A stretch of 64,000 nucleotides of DNA from Phoronis australis. Its lineage: Eukaryota; Animalia; Phoronida. The position numbers were made by a program, and so were the translations under genes. The notes under the pieces are model-generated. The model did not search any database and was not told the origin of the DNA. It saw only the letters and a list, made by a program, of their open reading frames with translations. Each line of letters begins with the position of its first letter. Within the stretch, counting starts at the first letter, position 1. This document shows, one piece after another, positions 1-15,643 of this stretch. The stretch spans positions 49,555 to 113,554 of the forward strand of contig NMRA01000019.1 of the NCBI GenBank assembly GCA_002633005.1, read 5' to 3'.

Positions 1-387
1 GGATTTAAGACCGCAGCGTCGACGCTGCGGTGCAGTATGAACGCTTAACTCCGGTCCAATCGAAGTTATCGCCAGGTGCCACTGTTATCGTCAACAGTTA
101 CAGAGTAGTGCCGTCACTAATAACTACTTATTTTTTGGTTTAATGATAACCAATCGATTTAAAAATGAGTTTTATGTCATTTAGCACATTTAAATGTTCC
201 AAATTGTCACAATGAAAAAAATCTTAGCGTGCAGCGCTACCTTGCAATAACTTCTATGACGTCAGCGTCACCAACCCTTTACTTCGATGGTCATTAACTA
301 CCGAAGCCAGTATGAACGGTCCAGTTAACTGCGCTGTTTACGTCGACGCTCCGCTCAGACCGGAGTTAAGTCAATATGAAAGGGCCT
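1..387. mobile_element. Right part of a Harbinger-like MITE
   Basis: Ends tatgaaagggcct; internal inverted repeat ttaactccggtc/gaccggagttaa; perfect palindrome accgcagcgtcgacgctgcggt; CpG-rich against CpG-poor flank. Left end is outside the window. Confidence 0.6.
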
Positions 388-3300
388 TTGGATAATGAGA
401 ACATGAAAGAGGTTTTTGCTTGATCCCGACTCAGATTTGGTGGACAGAAATTCAATGACTACACAGTGGTTCATTAATTTAAAAGCATAGGAATAAATTT
501 CACTGTCAGTCCCCGTGATTGTTTGATTAGTTCATTCCCGCTTTGTCAGCCGCAGCCACAGGGTTTGTCGTGATCTTCATAGTGGAAAATGTATGGAACA
601 CGATGTCCTTGTTCATCCATTGATATTACAAAAGGTTTGCCTTTTTTCCGCACAACAGTGGAAATTTGCTGGCATTATGATATCAGGAAAGTTGTTAGAA
701 TACAATTAGGTTGAAACCTCCCGTCCACATTACACGGGATCTGTAGGTGGCGCTAAATGCCTATATATCTACCAAAGACCAGTGATCGCCGTCTCAGGTG
801 GAATTACAATATGGCACAGCCATTTCATAATTTAGCTATTAAAGTAATGGACATATTGTCTTTGTGCATCCTCAATGACCCTTCTCTTTGTGTAGTGGTT
901 CTTCTGCTGAGTTTTCATCCACTAGGCTTGGCAGGGATATGATTGAAATGACAGACATTTTTCAACATAGCCATCAGCCCAATTAAAATCATAAATTGGC
1001 TATTTACTCAACTCAACACAACTATTAGACGGAATTACCATCGCAATACTTCAAGTAACTAGGCACTAAAATTAAGGCTATTCGAGGACTTTTTGGTGTG
1101 TTGCTGCATCAAATGATGCAACACAACTGTTCAGACACCTCTGGTGGCTAATTTATCATTTGTCTGTACTTCTTTGAAGACAGACACAGACATCAATAGT
1201 AAGTGTCAGGTTAATGGTTCGTTATTGATTAGTCAAGGCATTATGAATGCTCCAGAGGAACTACAAGTCCTGAAGAGACAAAAACACATCCAACATGTCT
1301 CATTGCTCAATTTTCACCAGTTTACACAGATTCAAAAGGGTAGACAATTTTGCAGTTTAGTTAAACTTACATCCATTTCTAAGCCAGTTGTTGCACTTTA
1401 GCTGTTTTTTTAACAGGATTTTTCAATCATTGCGAGCAGGGAGCTGCAAAATTTCAACTGGGCACAAAGGATCGAGTTTCCTTTTGCATGTATAACGCAG
1501 CTCAACTAAAATTTTGAGGGCATTTTTCCAACAAGTATCTTTCCTTGCTGACGCCGCATACTTGGTTACTCAAATACTCACCTGTCAGTATGAGAACACA
1601 AATTCAACTTCCACGCATTCTTGAGATATCATCAAATTTCGTACGATGTAAATGTTCAATTTTCTAAAGCATCGTTTCATTTTTGTTTCATGCGAGGTGA
1701 AAATATCATAAAATTATATAAGTCTTATTTTTTATCGCCTTTTGTTCAAAATTGAAACATTTTGAAAACAATTCCAAAAAGCGTTTTGGAGACCAGTGTA
1801 TAAAACACACCGTTCTATCTCAGTTTCATATGAAGCCATCAGCAATTTGAGAGATAAGATGTTTCAGAACAGGCCAAAATTGGACATTTTTCTCTCTGGG
1901 TCTTAGCATAACTCTAACACCTAAAAAACTCTGAGGTTTTATGCACATCGCGTTATATTTACCAAGCTGCTACCAATTTTAGTCATTGAAATCAAACGCA
2001 TATTAACAGTGTTCAAAAGACTCTGTAATAGTGATCCTCAAGCATTCACAGTTGCGATCATCCATCTCCTTCTCGCACAGTCTGTTCTTGCATTGTGGAG
2101 TCAAGCAAGCTGTTCCGCACATGTAGGAGTCAGAGTGGCAGCTATTACCGTACTTACCAACTTGCAACAATGATTCTTGTTCAAGTATGAAATGCTAAAC
2201 TGGAGTACCGGGGTACCGGATACCATTAAGAGGCCAATCGTCAAGTCCTATGCATAGGCGTTTCCTAATTACTCTCAATGAATACTCAAGGACCATACTA
2301 GTCTGCTATCTCTGCTAATGAGTACCCGCTATGAAAGCGACCAATGAAATTTTATTCTGATAACGAAGAATAAGTAACTGCTGTTAATAAAACGCCTGAT
2401 ACCCAAGCCCAAATCTGTATACTTAACAAGTCCTGTTGAACATGTTATTTGTTACCATTTAGGTAAAAAATCATGGTGACAACTAGTATTGTATGAAAGA
2501 AGACTAACCGTTCTGATGATATGCAATAATGCACAGTAAAATCTCACCAATTTCGGACAAAAGTAATTGCCATCTTTTCCCTTTTTCAAAGACGTCTAAC
2601 ATTGCTGTGAATGCCGACAGTTTCTCGGTATTTATGTTTGGTGGTAGCTATGGTATATATATTTAAAAATAATAAAGCATTCATTTGGGGATACTTATCT
2701 TTCATAAAAATTTTCAGTTATCTGTCATATTGTGAGATTTTAATAACAAATAGAAAAATACCAAAACTGAACATTGATATTTTCGAAAAGTATCTCATAA
2801 TCAAAACCCAAATTTACAACAATTACTTTTACACCAAGCCCTGCTAGGTTAACATATAAACAGAGTTTTGATGATAAGTAGTAAGGTTCAAAGATGGTAA
2901 ACAACAATAAAAAAATTAAGATAAACAATGAAAAAAGTGACAGTTCAATATCAATTTCTGAACTTTTTGAGAGAATTGGATAACACAGGTTTGATCATGC
3001 AATATACCGTTATAACCGTAACTTGGTGCCTGTTTTGTAAAGAATGACTTTTAAACTTAAAGTACGAGATATGGTTTGTACACTCTACACAACTATTTAT
3101 GATAAATAATTAATCTCGCTTGAGCAAAAGTACGTGTCTGAGAATATACAAATAACTGCTAATTACTAGTGAGATAATTTCTGCTCATTATTTCTAGACT
3201 AAGTTTGGGCTCATAATTACACGGCCAAACCTTTTTTCAGCAATTGTGAAGTGGAAACACAAGATCAATTTTCTGTCTTAAATCACTGTCATGAATTAGG

Positions 3301-6300
3301 CCCCAGGGCATTTTCGTAAGTCCTGCAACGAACAGTGGTGATAAAACAGGCACTTCCTCTAGCTTGACTTTGTGAAGCCACGGCAATGTCTTGTAGTTAA
3401 GACCAGCACCACAGAGTGATCAATAGAAAGGATTAATGAGACCAGCTCAGCTGAAATACTAATCATGCTCTACAGAAATAATTGAGGGTATCTTGTGCAA
3501 GAACATTGACAAACAAAAGTACGAGCGAACTCAAACTGCAGGAAATTTTACAAGCTCAGTGCAGCAAGTAGTTAACGCAGTGATCATTTCATTCTTAAAC
3601 GTTTGAGGGGGTCGTCACTTACAGGAGACCCGCATTTTGAGAACCAGTTTGTTATCCGTGAGAGCTTGCTGCACTCATTAAGTATGTTACATGATGTTCT
3701 TTTGTACAGTGGACCTATGACCTTTATTACAGAAATAAAATTAATTGATTAAATGGAGAAAAATAGTTATCAAAATACAAGACCCCCTATAAGTGACTGT
3801 TATCCTTTTCTAGTAAAGAGGCTATGAACTCGCCTTCCTTAAAAAATAACCTTTGATTTAGGAAACTTAAGCCGGTCTTACTGTTGCTGGGATTAGAGAT
3901 CAGGGTTTTCAAAGAAGTGACAGTTTGTTATTGTTTGAGATCAGGAAGGTTTACATAGTTGCCACCCACCCCTCCTTTTATGCTGGAATATAGGAACTGT
4001 CAATCCTTCCACAGACCAAAAATCATTCCTCATCTGAGTAAGGAGCAAGGCAAAGTCAATTTTAAGTGGAAAGTTATCTAAAGCAAAAGTTGCAGCGGCT
4101 TTCATACTGTCAAGAGATTTTATTTTAAAATTTTCATTATTTTTCTGCAGCTTTATAAAGCTGTATTAGCACAGGTTCTCTGGATAAATGATGAAACGTT
4201 TCAAAAAACGTTTGCCCTTCCTTCAAATGACTGTGTTGATGGCAGTCCAAAAATGTCCAACATTTCACAAATTTTGCTCTATAAATAGCGTGTATTCAAG
4301 CTCTGCAGGCCAAATAACAAATAGCATAAACATCTGTGGCTGAATAAAACCACCCTGAACTGGGCTGTCAAATGAATGTATGTTTGTTCAATGGAGCAGT
4401 CAATACAGGCAAATAGAAATTGCATTACAGTCTAGGGTGTGATGTGGAATGCTCCAACACCAAGTCAAAGGCCCAGAACAATGTATGATGGATTAACACC
4501 TGTACAATAAGTCATCCCCTGCCAAAATGATCAGTGTCAATGACCATATTCAGGATTTAATAACTTTCACCCTTCACCCTCACTACTGTTCAAACAGACA
4601 TTTTCAACAGTCTAGTGCCCATATTGGCAGTTTGCCCCACACTGAACAGTAGCAGCAGAATCAGCTTTGTCCCCCTACTTTGTGGGTGAGTGTAATTACA
4701 TAGAGCAGATCTCTATCTCTGACCAGGCTACAATAGACCCTTGTGAATGAGTGTAAATGGGGCAAATACACACTCTATAATACCAACTAAAGCAACCAAT
4801 CAGAAGTGGTCTGTGTGTTGCTGCATTATGGTTGGGTGAGCGACAATCATGAGGTTAGTACACTCAGAATAGTGTATCACCAGCGCCAAGGAGGTGATGG
4901 GATTGTGTGTTGGATTAACATAGCAATTTGAGGAGGTTGGCATTTTTTAACAATAGGATAGATGGTAAGTAGGACTTATATGATTAGTCTTATTCAATCA
5001 TGTCTAGACGTACAAATTTGATATGTATCCTTGTCATAAAGTGTCAGTGACCCAGGACAACTAGTTCAGAATATCCACATGATAGCCAGTTGAACAGGGT
5101 TGAGAAACACAGAACTGTGAATTTCTATGCCTCGAAAATATCTATGGGTTCATGTCAGACCACTTCTTGGAACAGTGTTACAATCAACACTTAAACGTTT
5201 TGGACGTTATGATTGAGGGCCTACACTGTAATGGACATCAGAAAGAACAGTCATAACCGAAGGTGGTCGTGGTAATTCAGACAAGACTGCTTGTTAAGGT
5301 GTGTCAGCAGACAGGTAAAGCTAGTTAACTGTTAAAGTACTGTAAACACCTGGGTAAAGGTAGGTTGGAAACTGTCATCATCCCACTGAAACTGTTGTTT
5401 ATTGTGGGAAACACAATCAGAACATGATCTATCAGGTAAAAAATGTTCAACAACACTTTAATCAATATAGATCAGCATTGATTGAAGTTGGTTTAAAAAT
5501 AATTAGCACCACAAACACACCAGATATTAGTTCCAAGGGATTAAAATTACCATTTTCATGTTCATACACAACAAATTCTTAATTTGCTACCATACCTATT
5601 GATGTTTACTGACAGATTTTTACATTTCCCATTCATTTTTTTGTTTTCAAACTTCATTCGACTTTCTGTTCAATTTAGCCTCTCAACTACAAACGACACA
5701 ACAGCGTGCTTGAAAACCATCATTGAAAGTCAGAAAACAAACAACTGCAAAGTGAGGAAACTTTTAATGCGTGTCATGACAACATAACAAGCACAGCTGA
5801 AATTAATGAAATGATCTCACCCATGACACTTTCATGGGTGACTGGCATAAAGCCTATATTTTACAAGCATTTAAACAGCGTGAAGCTGAGAATGTATCTA
5901 ATTTCCATGTGTCCTTGGGTTTGCAGTAGAACGGTTTCTGGAAGTCAATACATGAGGAGCGTGTCTTTATTTATTCACGTAGGTTTCCACTCAAACAGCT
6001 ACACTGGGGAAAGATGATCAGTAATTAACACATGCGTAGTGGCTCACTAATTAGTCTAAGGCACAGTAATTGCGTCTTTGTTCTAAGTGACTGGTTAGCT
6101 GTATTTGCACAAATGTTTTATTTGCATCTAATTATCTGGGTTCAAAGGACTAGTGAACAGCAGTGTTCGTTAAATCTATTCTGTGACAGTCGCAATATAA
6201 GACCAGGAGAGGTTCTCTTATCATTTGTATTAAATTGCAATAACCAGTTCTGCGGTTAACACAAAATTGTAATTTCATACCAGCAGGTACTTTATAGTTG

Positions 6301-7779
6301 AGTCAGAAATTCAGAGTTAGTAAAATTATCATGACTTAAAAATGCTGTTTTATTAGGACAAACATGGTACCGTAGACAAGTACGGATAAGCGAAGTCTAC
6401 CCTTCCACCTCTTAGATCTACCCAGTGTAGGTTATTGTTTTCCTAATGAGTGTATGCTGCATAATTAATGAGGTTGTCAATGAGGAGAATCACATGGCCA
6501 AGAGTGCATGTGTGCCTTTCAAAAACCAGGAGATTTATGTTGCATCAGAGACACAATGTCACAATCGGGTATAACGTGATTAGTTGTCAGCAGTACCCAA
6601 GAGGCTGGTACTTCAGGGTATGATTCATCATGGATAGGACTGACGCCACATTCGAAGTGAGCCAGAGGAGACTGATTAAAGCACGACATTTTGTCATAAA
6701 ACCCAAGTAAAAGTCTGGCATGCTTATTTTTATGCAGTTTTTGAAAGAAATTGATGAGCAAAAAATTTTTGGCACAATTTGCAAAGAGCGGTCAATTAAT
6801 TTCCTTCTTATCTTTACAATGTTCAGCATAACTTCAACTTTGTGGATTCTTTTTTGTTGAATGAAGTGCTCTTAATTCTCACACGAGGCTCAAATATAAC
6901 TGACAACATTCCTACACTAAACTTTTCACCTGCAAATAATTAAAAAACGAGTGACATCAATAAATAAAAGACATTTATAAATAACAACCTACAGAAAACA
7001 ATTACACAACTAATTCACCTGGATCTGGATATACTTGTGGTAATTCTAAGCCAGATCTCACTACAAGACCCAACCCATCTATTTGTTTAAAATTACTGCC
7101 AGTTTATTTTACACAACAGCCAGCCATATAGTGTGGTTCCCTATAATGAATCCAGCCAGTAGATAGACTATGACCAGCAGAAGAGACAGCTGGTATGAGG
7201 TAAGGAACGCATATGGAAAACTCGTGTGAAATAATCTCAGCTCTCAATGACATTTGAACTGTTGAGGCTGTTCCCAATAGAACAACCTTAGAGTCACCTT
7301 GCAACACCTGCTTTTGTCACCTTGTGGCAATTCAGCTAGGTAAGTGGTACACGATGGTAACACAGTTGGAAAGTTCTGCAGCGACACATGTTTAGTAAGT
7401 ACTTGTAGAAGAACCGATCATCATTCAGGTTGCAACAGTCAGTTGAAGATAGAAATCCGTGATTGAAAGAACCAACGAAACATGACAATGACCAGATTTT
7501 ACCAAATAGTTGTTTTGATCTGTCTTGATAAGAAATTTTTCGCCAGTCTGGTCACAACTAGTAATGTCATCTTTCTGATAAATATAGTGTACCTATAAGT
7601 GATCCCTTATTGATCAATTCTAATTGGGTATGAAGATGATACATTTGGTTATTCAATGCCAGATGAGATGTGGAGTCAACTCCCACTGTAGCAGACGGAT
7701 ATGATCATGTGACCAAAACACAGTAATCTCTGTCATTGAATAAATGTTTACTGCACATGAACCCTGAGACTTTTCGATA

Positions 7780-8992
7780 ACGCATTACTAGTAGCTTTCA
7801 AAACCAGATTCATAAATGTATCCAACTGAGACGCCACCAGGTGATGCTGAGCTTATCGCTGTCAAAGTGATGTTGAAGGCATTCCGTTGTTTCCGACTAC
7901 AAAGAGTCCGCTTGCTGATTATCCAACAACGGTCACCTCACATAAAACATGAGCTTTCTTATCAGTTTTTGGTAGCAATGTAGCATCTTTGTATGACATG
8001 ATGAAACGGATTAATTCATGCTCAGAAAGCAAGGCCAAATGAAATGGCTCAGTAGAATGCTAGATATTTGAACAGAAAATTATCCCAGCCAAAAATATGA
8101 GGACAACATAGTTTTCAGTGAGTAAATTTGCCAACACTCCCACCTTGAGTTCAGCAGATCATCATGCCGGTAGTTGGGTACGTAACAAAGTGACATGCAG
8201 AGATTTTGTGACACGTTTCCATTTGTCTTCATGACAAACTTATTTAATTTATATAAGGGAAATTAAAGTTCATGGCNNNNNNNNNNNNNNNNNNNNNNNN
8301 NNNNNNNNNNNNNNNNNNNNNNNNNNNNNNNNNNNNNNNNNNNNNNNNNNNNNNNNNNNNNNNNNNNNNNNNNNNNNNNNNNNNNNNNNNNNNNNNNNNN
8401 NNNNNNNNNNNNNNNNNNNNNNNNNNNNNNNNNNNNNNNNNNNNNNNNNNNNNNNNNNNNNNNNNNNNNNNNNNNNNNNNNNNNATGCATTACTAGTAGC
8501 TTTCAAAACCAGATTCATAAATGCATCCAACTGAGACGCCACCAGGTGATGCTGAGCTTATCGCTGTCAAAGTGATGTTGAAGGCATTCCGTTGTTTCCG
8601 ACTACAAAGAGTCCGCTTGCTGATTATCCAACAACGGTCACCTCACATAAAACATGAGCTTTCTTATCAGTTTTTGGTAGCAATGTAGCATCTTTGTATG
8701 ACATGATGAAACGGATTAATTCATGCTCAGAAAGCAAGGCCAAATAAAATGGCTCAGTAGAATGCTAGATATTTGAACAGAAAATTATCCCAGCCAAAAA
8801 TATGAGGACAACATAGTTTTCAGTGAGTAAATTTGCCAACACTCCCACGTTGAGTTCAGCAGATCATCATGCCGGTAGTTGGGTACGTAACAAAGTGACA
8901 TGCAGAGATTTTGTGACACGTTTCCATTTGTCTTCATGACAAACGTATTTATTTTAATACTGAATGACATAATGGAAATTAAAGTTCATGGC
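7780..8992. other. ~500-bp direct duplication flanking a 208-N scaffold gap (8277-8484); probable unmerged haplotype overlap
   Basis: 7780-8276 matches 8485-8992 with a few SNPs and one indel; copies end and begin exactly at the gap. Confidence 0.9.
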
Positions 8993-11900
8993 ACCACAAT
9001 CACCATGTTGCGTAAGCTACAAAATCTTGCTACACCAATGAAGTCAATCTATTTTTTTGTGATAAAATAATGCATGGTTTGACAGGCAAACTGATGATGC
9101 AAATTACAGTCCAGTGTATTGTTTATCAAAAACCTACTAGCCACAAAATCTGATATTATTTTATAACCACCACAACGCAGCTTCATGGTGTCTAAAGCGT
9201 TCAGTACTTTTGTCCCTAAGCCAGCCAATAACCCAGCTTGTTTACTGACATGCAGGCAAGCAAAAAAAAAACTGACAGGTCAAGCAGGTGTATTGTGTAT
9301 GTCATGTATTAGGGTAGCAGTGAGTAAGCAATACCTTTACACTATTATAACTCAAGACTCAGTGTTATTGTTGGACTGTGCAAGCAGCCAGGTAAAGGCA
9401 AGGTCCTAACAAGGTGAAGGTATTGTGTGAGAGAAACTCATTGTGAGCTCAGTACGTAGATTCAACATCACCTGGTGACAAGCGTAGATTACACTTAGGG
9501 ATGTCCTGTAGCGTGGTGGTATTGTGAATCCATAAAGAATGCTGGTAATAATAGAAAATTCATAATAGCTGACTGTATCAACTCGGTAAGCCAATAGACA
9601 TTGTCATGAGTCTCATCCTTCTATTATTCAGTGTCAGCTAATTCATTAGAAGACCATTGTCACACTAAGATAACTTAGTTGGTTGTGCCCTGTCTGTGTA
9701 AACTGTGAAGTCAACCTAAGCACTCCTATGGGTGTCGGTAGCAAAGTAATAACCAACGTCAAAGTTGGTGGAAGGTGATGGCGACATCATCCAAGTTATT
9801 GCAAGGTAGAAGTGCAGTTTATGTTCAACATACGCACATACTATGAAAAGTTCCTATGAAGAACTGAGCATGTCCAATTGAATTGAGACAGGGAAATAGT
9901 ATCAGAACAACCAATATTTAAGAAAATACAACAATAAAGGTTACATAGGACCCAAGAAAGAAAAGCTTTTTGGATTCATATCAAACTTTCAGATGCTATG
10001 CTTTATCCGTTATTTTCCAAAACGGATTTGTTTTTAAAACGAACCACTTTCACATAAAACGGTACCAAAAATAGGATTTCACATTTTTTATGAAAAAATC
10101 AAAAGTTACATCAATGGAAGCTAAATGATAAGTTTGAAAATTGTTAGAGCATTTTTGAGATCTCAGCTTGAGCATATTCAAATGAAATTTGACAACGTCA
10201 TTTTTACCATTTTTTCTCTATGAATGTACCTTTCATTTTGCTTAATTTCACAATTTAACAGAAGCGGCATATTGCTGTAAAGCAGAAAATCAAATTCTGC
10301 ACGCTTTCCGCTTTCATAAAAAACGTAGTTTTCCTGAGTTAAAATCTTATTTTTTTGTAGATAGTTGGCTCAATACAGACTTGTGGAGAAAGTCCTACAT
10401 CTATACTTTAATGGTTGAGTGTTTACATAGCAGTGAATGGTAGAGATCTTATTGGCACCAAACAAGTTTTAAGCACAAGAATATTCCAACTTGTCTCATA
10501 CCTAACGTCAACATCAACATCTAAAGATAGAGTCCAAAAGGTCTGTTCCTCACCATAAGTTTATCCTCAAAGCTATTGGTCTGAGATTATCTAAATCTTC
10601 TAACTCACCATGGCAACTGAATTTGAATCAGGACCAGATGCAGACATCCTGAACACTGAGTGCAGTCTTCTTCAAATGTCATCCATGACAAGATTTATTA
10701 AGAATGGATCACAGAGTAGTAAATGTTTTGGTTAACAGGTTTGCATTTCCCATCTAGTTTTGATAAACCATTCAATTAAATGCCAACAATTTCAGTAACC
10801 ATAGGAGGGCAAGGTAAAATACCTTGAATTTCTGGTAAATTATTCTACTCATGCTGTCCATTTTTTAACAAAACACATACTTGAAATTCAGTGTCTAACT
10901 TTTTTGTGAACAAGTTTGCATCACAAACCTCTCACTAAAGCCATTCCTGCATTTCATGAATCACAGTATTATTACTCATATCAGGGTTTTAAGTGGCAAA
11001 AAATGCTAGCAATTTCACTAGCTAAAATACACGCAAAAGCAAAAACACTAGCGCCCAAAACACAAGCTGTCCATAAATGGGTTATTTTTGCCTTTCCTTT
11101 CTTCACCACCTAAGTCAGCTTCTTTGAAATTTGAGATTGAGTCAAAACAAAAATCTCTGCAATTAACTGATTAATGTGACATAGCACAAAGGCCTCTAAT
11201 CCATGTGCTTGTGCGTCCTTTGAAGGGAGTGGTCTGGTTACAAAAGTACTGTACCAGCGAAAACAGTTTTGTAAGTCAAACCGGCTGCAAAGTGCAAGAA
11301 AAACTAACACACCATTCACGCGACTGGAATTTTTGCAAGTAGCGAAATTGTCAGCAAAAACCCTAGCATTTTAATAAGTTTATGAACAGGTTTCAGTTTA
11401 CACTAGGGGGATAGTGTTGGTGTGTGAAGAACTCGATAAATAGAGGTGAACGCACCCAAGAGCTATTTCCACAAACCAGATTCAATTTTACAAAAGTGGT
11501 TATTTGACTGACCTAGTTTTCGAACTGTAGGGAAACAAACTACTTTTGAGCCGAGTTGCACAAGTGAAGAGGCTTGCAGTGCAGCTCGCTGTGCAACAGT
11601 AAAACACTTTTTGGGGTCGTAAAGGCAAAAGGCAAACTAATCTTAATGCAAAATAGTAATTAGGAATGTGCAACTGGGTCAAGAGCCCTACGGACATGTG
11701 GCATTGTAGGTTAATACTGCAAAATCAGAAAGCGTGCTGTGTTATTCCCGGGAATTGGTCATTAGACATTCATCTCACACAATGACTATTTCTAAAGGCA
11801 ATATAATTACTAAAGCTCAGGCTTTCCAGACAGAAATTACAGTAGTTGAATTACCATGGCAACTAAAAAGGTTTCTTGTAGCGCTGCAGGTAATCAATTG

Positions 11901-12474
11901 ATTTTGATTAAAAAGCCCAGAAACATTAATAATCGTATGTACTGCAATGCTTTCATTCCTAATCTTTGTTCTAAAGCTCCAATTGTCAGATATTATTACA
12001 CCATATTACAGTATCCATGGATACAGACTAGCATGCACCTAATTACTACTCCTTTTCAACAGCTAAAAATGCAATTATTGTTTTGTTTTATCAACACACC
12101 ACCATCCTACATATTCAAAGATATTTACCCACAATGCCGAACATCTGTTGGGCTGTAACCATGGCTGAGATCGTGGAATGTTAAAATTATTGTATCATCA
12201 CCAGTCTCAAGCAAGGAATGGGTTTCGTTTGCAGTGAGATGCAGTGCTGACATCCAACCATTCACTGACAAGACACATACTGCTGCGCTCACAAGGCCAT
12301 CAATTTCACAAGTTTAGCTCTATACTTGATTCTACTGAAAGGTTTTAACCATGTTAAATGGAAGCAGCTGATATGCTGAAATGATATTGATGACGGTATA
12401 TTTGCATGATGTGACATTGCTCAGCAAGTGTACCTGAGCATTCGTTCATTTCCGGTGGAATAAAGCATTACGAT

Positions 12475-13136
12475 GACTGTGTGTGATGTGTTAAACCCTT
12501 TCAAGCTGAAATGGCTCACTTTTACACAAAGAACTTAAAAAAACATTATAACTTAAAACCTTATAGCTAAACGTACTACTTAATGTGCTTCAGGATCTAA
12601 AATGTTTCAAACCCGAAAGATTTCAAGTGTGCTTTCACACGACCAATTTAAAATATTTTTACTTTAACATTCTAGCTTATAAGGTTTTTAAGATTCTAGC
12701 GTGAATAAAGCTACCTAGTCGTGCACACACAGTTGCTCTTGGCTTACAGTCAAATGCGTTTGCATGTAAGGCATTTTCCTACCATCAAGAACAGGACAGT
12801 TCTGATCGGTATGATGCTATTAGATCTGTAGGCGTTTTCAAAAATGGCAAAAACTCATCACCACTACTGTCCTCACTGGTAATGAAATTTAGTAGATTTC
12901 TGAACCTTCTGTTAATAACCGCATGGAAATTTTGTTGCCTGTCAAAAACCAAGTGGTTGAAAGTTAAGTACCGTGTGAAAGCATACTTAAAATCTTTCAG
13001 ACCTGAAATATTTCAAATCCTGAAGCACATTAAGTAGTAGAGTTAGCTACAATGCTTTGATTTGAAATATTTTTTTAATTTCTTTGTGTGAAAGCAAACC
13101 ATTTTAGCTGAACGTTTCAACACATCACGCACAGCC
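12475..13136. mobile_element. MITE with ~170-bp imperfect TIRs (PIF/Harbinger-like GGCTGTG termini)
   Basis: gactgtgtgtgatgtgtt..ctacttaatgtgcttcaggat..gctttcacacg versus its reverse complement at ~12972-13136. Confidence 0.8.
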
Positions 13137-14111
13137 ATAGTTCTTAAAATTCCACAACTTTGCATTTGACTAACAACAAAATTTACATGCAGTTATCTGC
13201 CGCAGTCAGAAAGACCAGGAATCTGCTAAATTTCCAGGGGGGGCACTCCTATAGACGTTGCTCATATTGGTGACTTTCTCATGATCAGTATCACTTTTCT
13301 GACAATTTTTCCCACAAAAGGGTACCGTTCCCAATTTAATTCCTCATAAGAGTTAACTCTAAGAGTTTGAAACCCCGAGAAAGGTTCCTTTTTCAACTAT
13401 TGATGGTGGACTGTCAAATAAACTTTTGTGATTTTAAGTATGCAAATCATAAGTTGCCTAAAATGAATACGAACAGCATTTTTAAATTTTAACATTTATG
13501 CTATGCTTCGAATGTATCATTCCTTTTTGTTAATTTAGCTAAACACATGGTCATGGGACCCAGTATTGGCAGCAGATTGGTATATGGTCTAAAATCAATT
13601 TCTGCAGGTTGTCTATGGAAAACATAAACTTTAAATATGTTGAATTCTAATTTTAGATATATGGCTAAATACAGAGATATAAGGGCGCACACATAACTCT
13701 TAACTAGCCAGATATGTTTACCACACGCATTTTTTTTTTCACACACTTTTCACAAGGCCAAGTTTTCCCATGATGCCCAGATTGTGTCAATAATTGAAGT
13801 TTTGACAAAATGTGTGGTGCACCTGGTCCTTATTATTACAGTTAAATAAATTCTTTCCACCACAAAGAAAGAGAGCTGTCCACTAGTACAAATGTGTCTC
13901 TAATTTCACTCATTTCCTATGATGTAACCGCACATAGCTCTAGTGCTGTCACTGCTTGCAGACCTGGCCATCCAGATAGACAAATTAAATGGACTTAGGT
14001 TTCAAGTTTTAATACCTCATTTATACTGGTGACTTTAAACCATTTAAAATCATTTTGAGGTCCAAATTGATTTAGGAAGCTTGTCATGGCTTAACCACAA
14101 TAGGATGATGG

Positions 14112-15643
14112 AGGTCCTTAGGAATCTATTAAACCTTAACTGGATTCAATACACAATCTAACTCCTTGACTAAGATGGGTCAAGTGACATACTTGCTGAT
14201 GTGCAGGCCAGGGTTCTGAGTCAAACCTTTATCCAAGATTGTTGCAAATCCTTAGCCATACTTTCTATCAGGAAACTTTCAAGAAATAAGTAAACATGAA
14301 AACAATCCTTACTCCCGCCATTTATAAAAAGGGGCTCTAAACTGTAGAGTAAATGGAAAGACAAAGAACATAAGCCGGTTATTCAAAGAAACTTCAGGCA
14401 TATAACTTCGTTAGCAAAATGACCAAAATGCTATTGTTTTTGCTAGCACTTTCCCCAGTACCAAAAAGCACTAGTAGTGTAAACCTTTAAAATTGTAATT
14501 TCACCTGGTGTAATGCTGGCAACCTGAAATATCAAAACTAGTGGCGTTTTCACAAGCACTGTTGTAGCCAGACCAGTTACATTAAAGGATCCACACGCAT
14601 TGGGAAGAAGGTCGGTGATTTTATCGCTGCGTTAATCAATTTTTGCATTAAAAGTGATTTAGGTAATGGGGAAGAAAACAAATTAATTTGTGGCGAAGAT
14701 GTCACCATCGTGGACAGTACATCACCACACATAGTAGTTTGATGTCACCATCTTGGACACCACATTACCACGCCTAGTAGTTTCTTAAACATTAAACAAT
14801 GCAGAAGATAACATGATAAGAAATGTAGTTGAAAACCCATTTGGAAACAGGACCTGGTTCTGACATTAGGTTTGTGTNAGGTCCTTAGGAATCTATTAAA
14901 CCTTAACTGGATTCAATACACAATCAAACTCCTTGACTAAGATGGGTCAAGTGACCTACTTGCTGATGTGCAGGCCAGGGTTCTGAGTCGAACCTTTATC
15001 CAAGATTGTTGCAAATCCTTAGCCCTACTTTCTGTCAGGACACTTTCAAGAAATAAGTAAACATGAAAACAATCCTTACTCCCGCCATTTATAAAAAGGG
15101 GCTCTAAACTGTAGAGTAAATTGGAAGATAAAGAACATAAGCCGGTTATTCAAAGAAACTTCAGGCGTATAACTTTGTTAGCAAAATGACCAAAATGCTA
15201 TTGTTTTTGCTAGCACTTTCCCCAGTACCAAAAAACACCAGTAGTGTAAACCTTTAAAATTGTAAGTTCACCTGGTGTAATGCTGGCAACCTGAAATACC
15301 AAAACTAGTGGCGTTTTCACAAGCACTGTTGTAGCCAGACCCCTTACATTAAAGGATCCACACGCATTGGGAAGAAGGTCGGTGATTTTATCGCTGTGTT
15401 AATCAATTTTTGCATTAAAAGTGATTTAGGTAATGGGGAAGAAAACAAATTAATTTGTGGCGAAGATGTCACCATCGTGGACAGTACATCACCACACGTA
15501 GTAGTTTGATGTCACCATCTTGGACACCACATTACCAGCCTAGTAGTTTTTTAAACATTAAACAATGCAGAAGATAACATGATAAGAAATGTAGTTGAAA
15601 ACCCATTTGGAAACAGGACCTGGTTCTGACATTAGGTTTGTGT
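14112..15643. other. ~765-bp tandem duplication joined by a single N (14878); probable assembly artefact
   Basis: 14112-14877 matches 14879-15643 with scattered SNPs; the junction is the N. Confidence 0.9.

Noticed and set aside
8263-8542. Poly-X ORFs
   Set aside because: Translations of the N gap.
10603-11863. ACCATGGCAAC X-box-like sites at ~10606 and ~11853
   Set aside because: Common short motif far from any demonstrated promoter.
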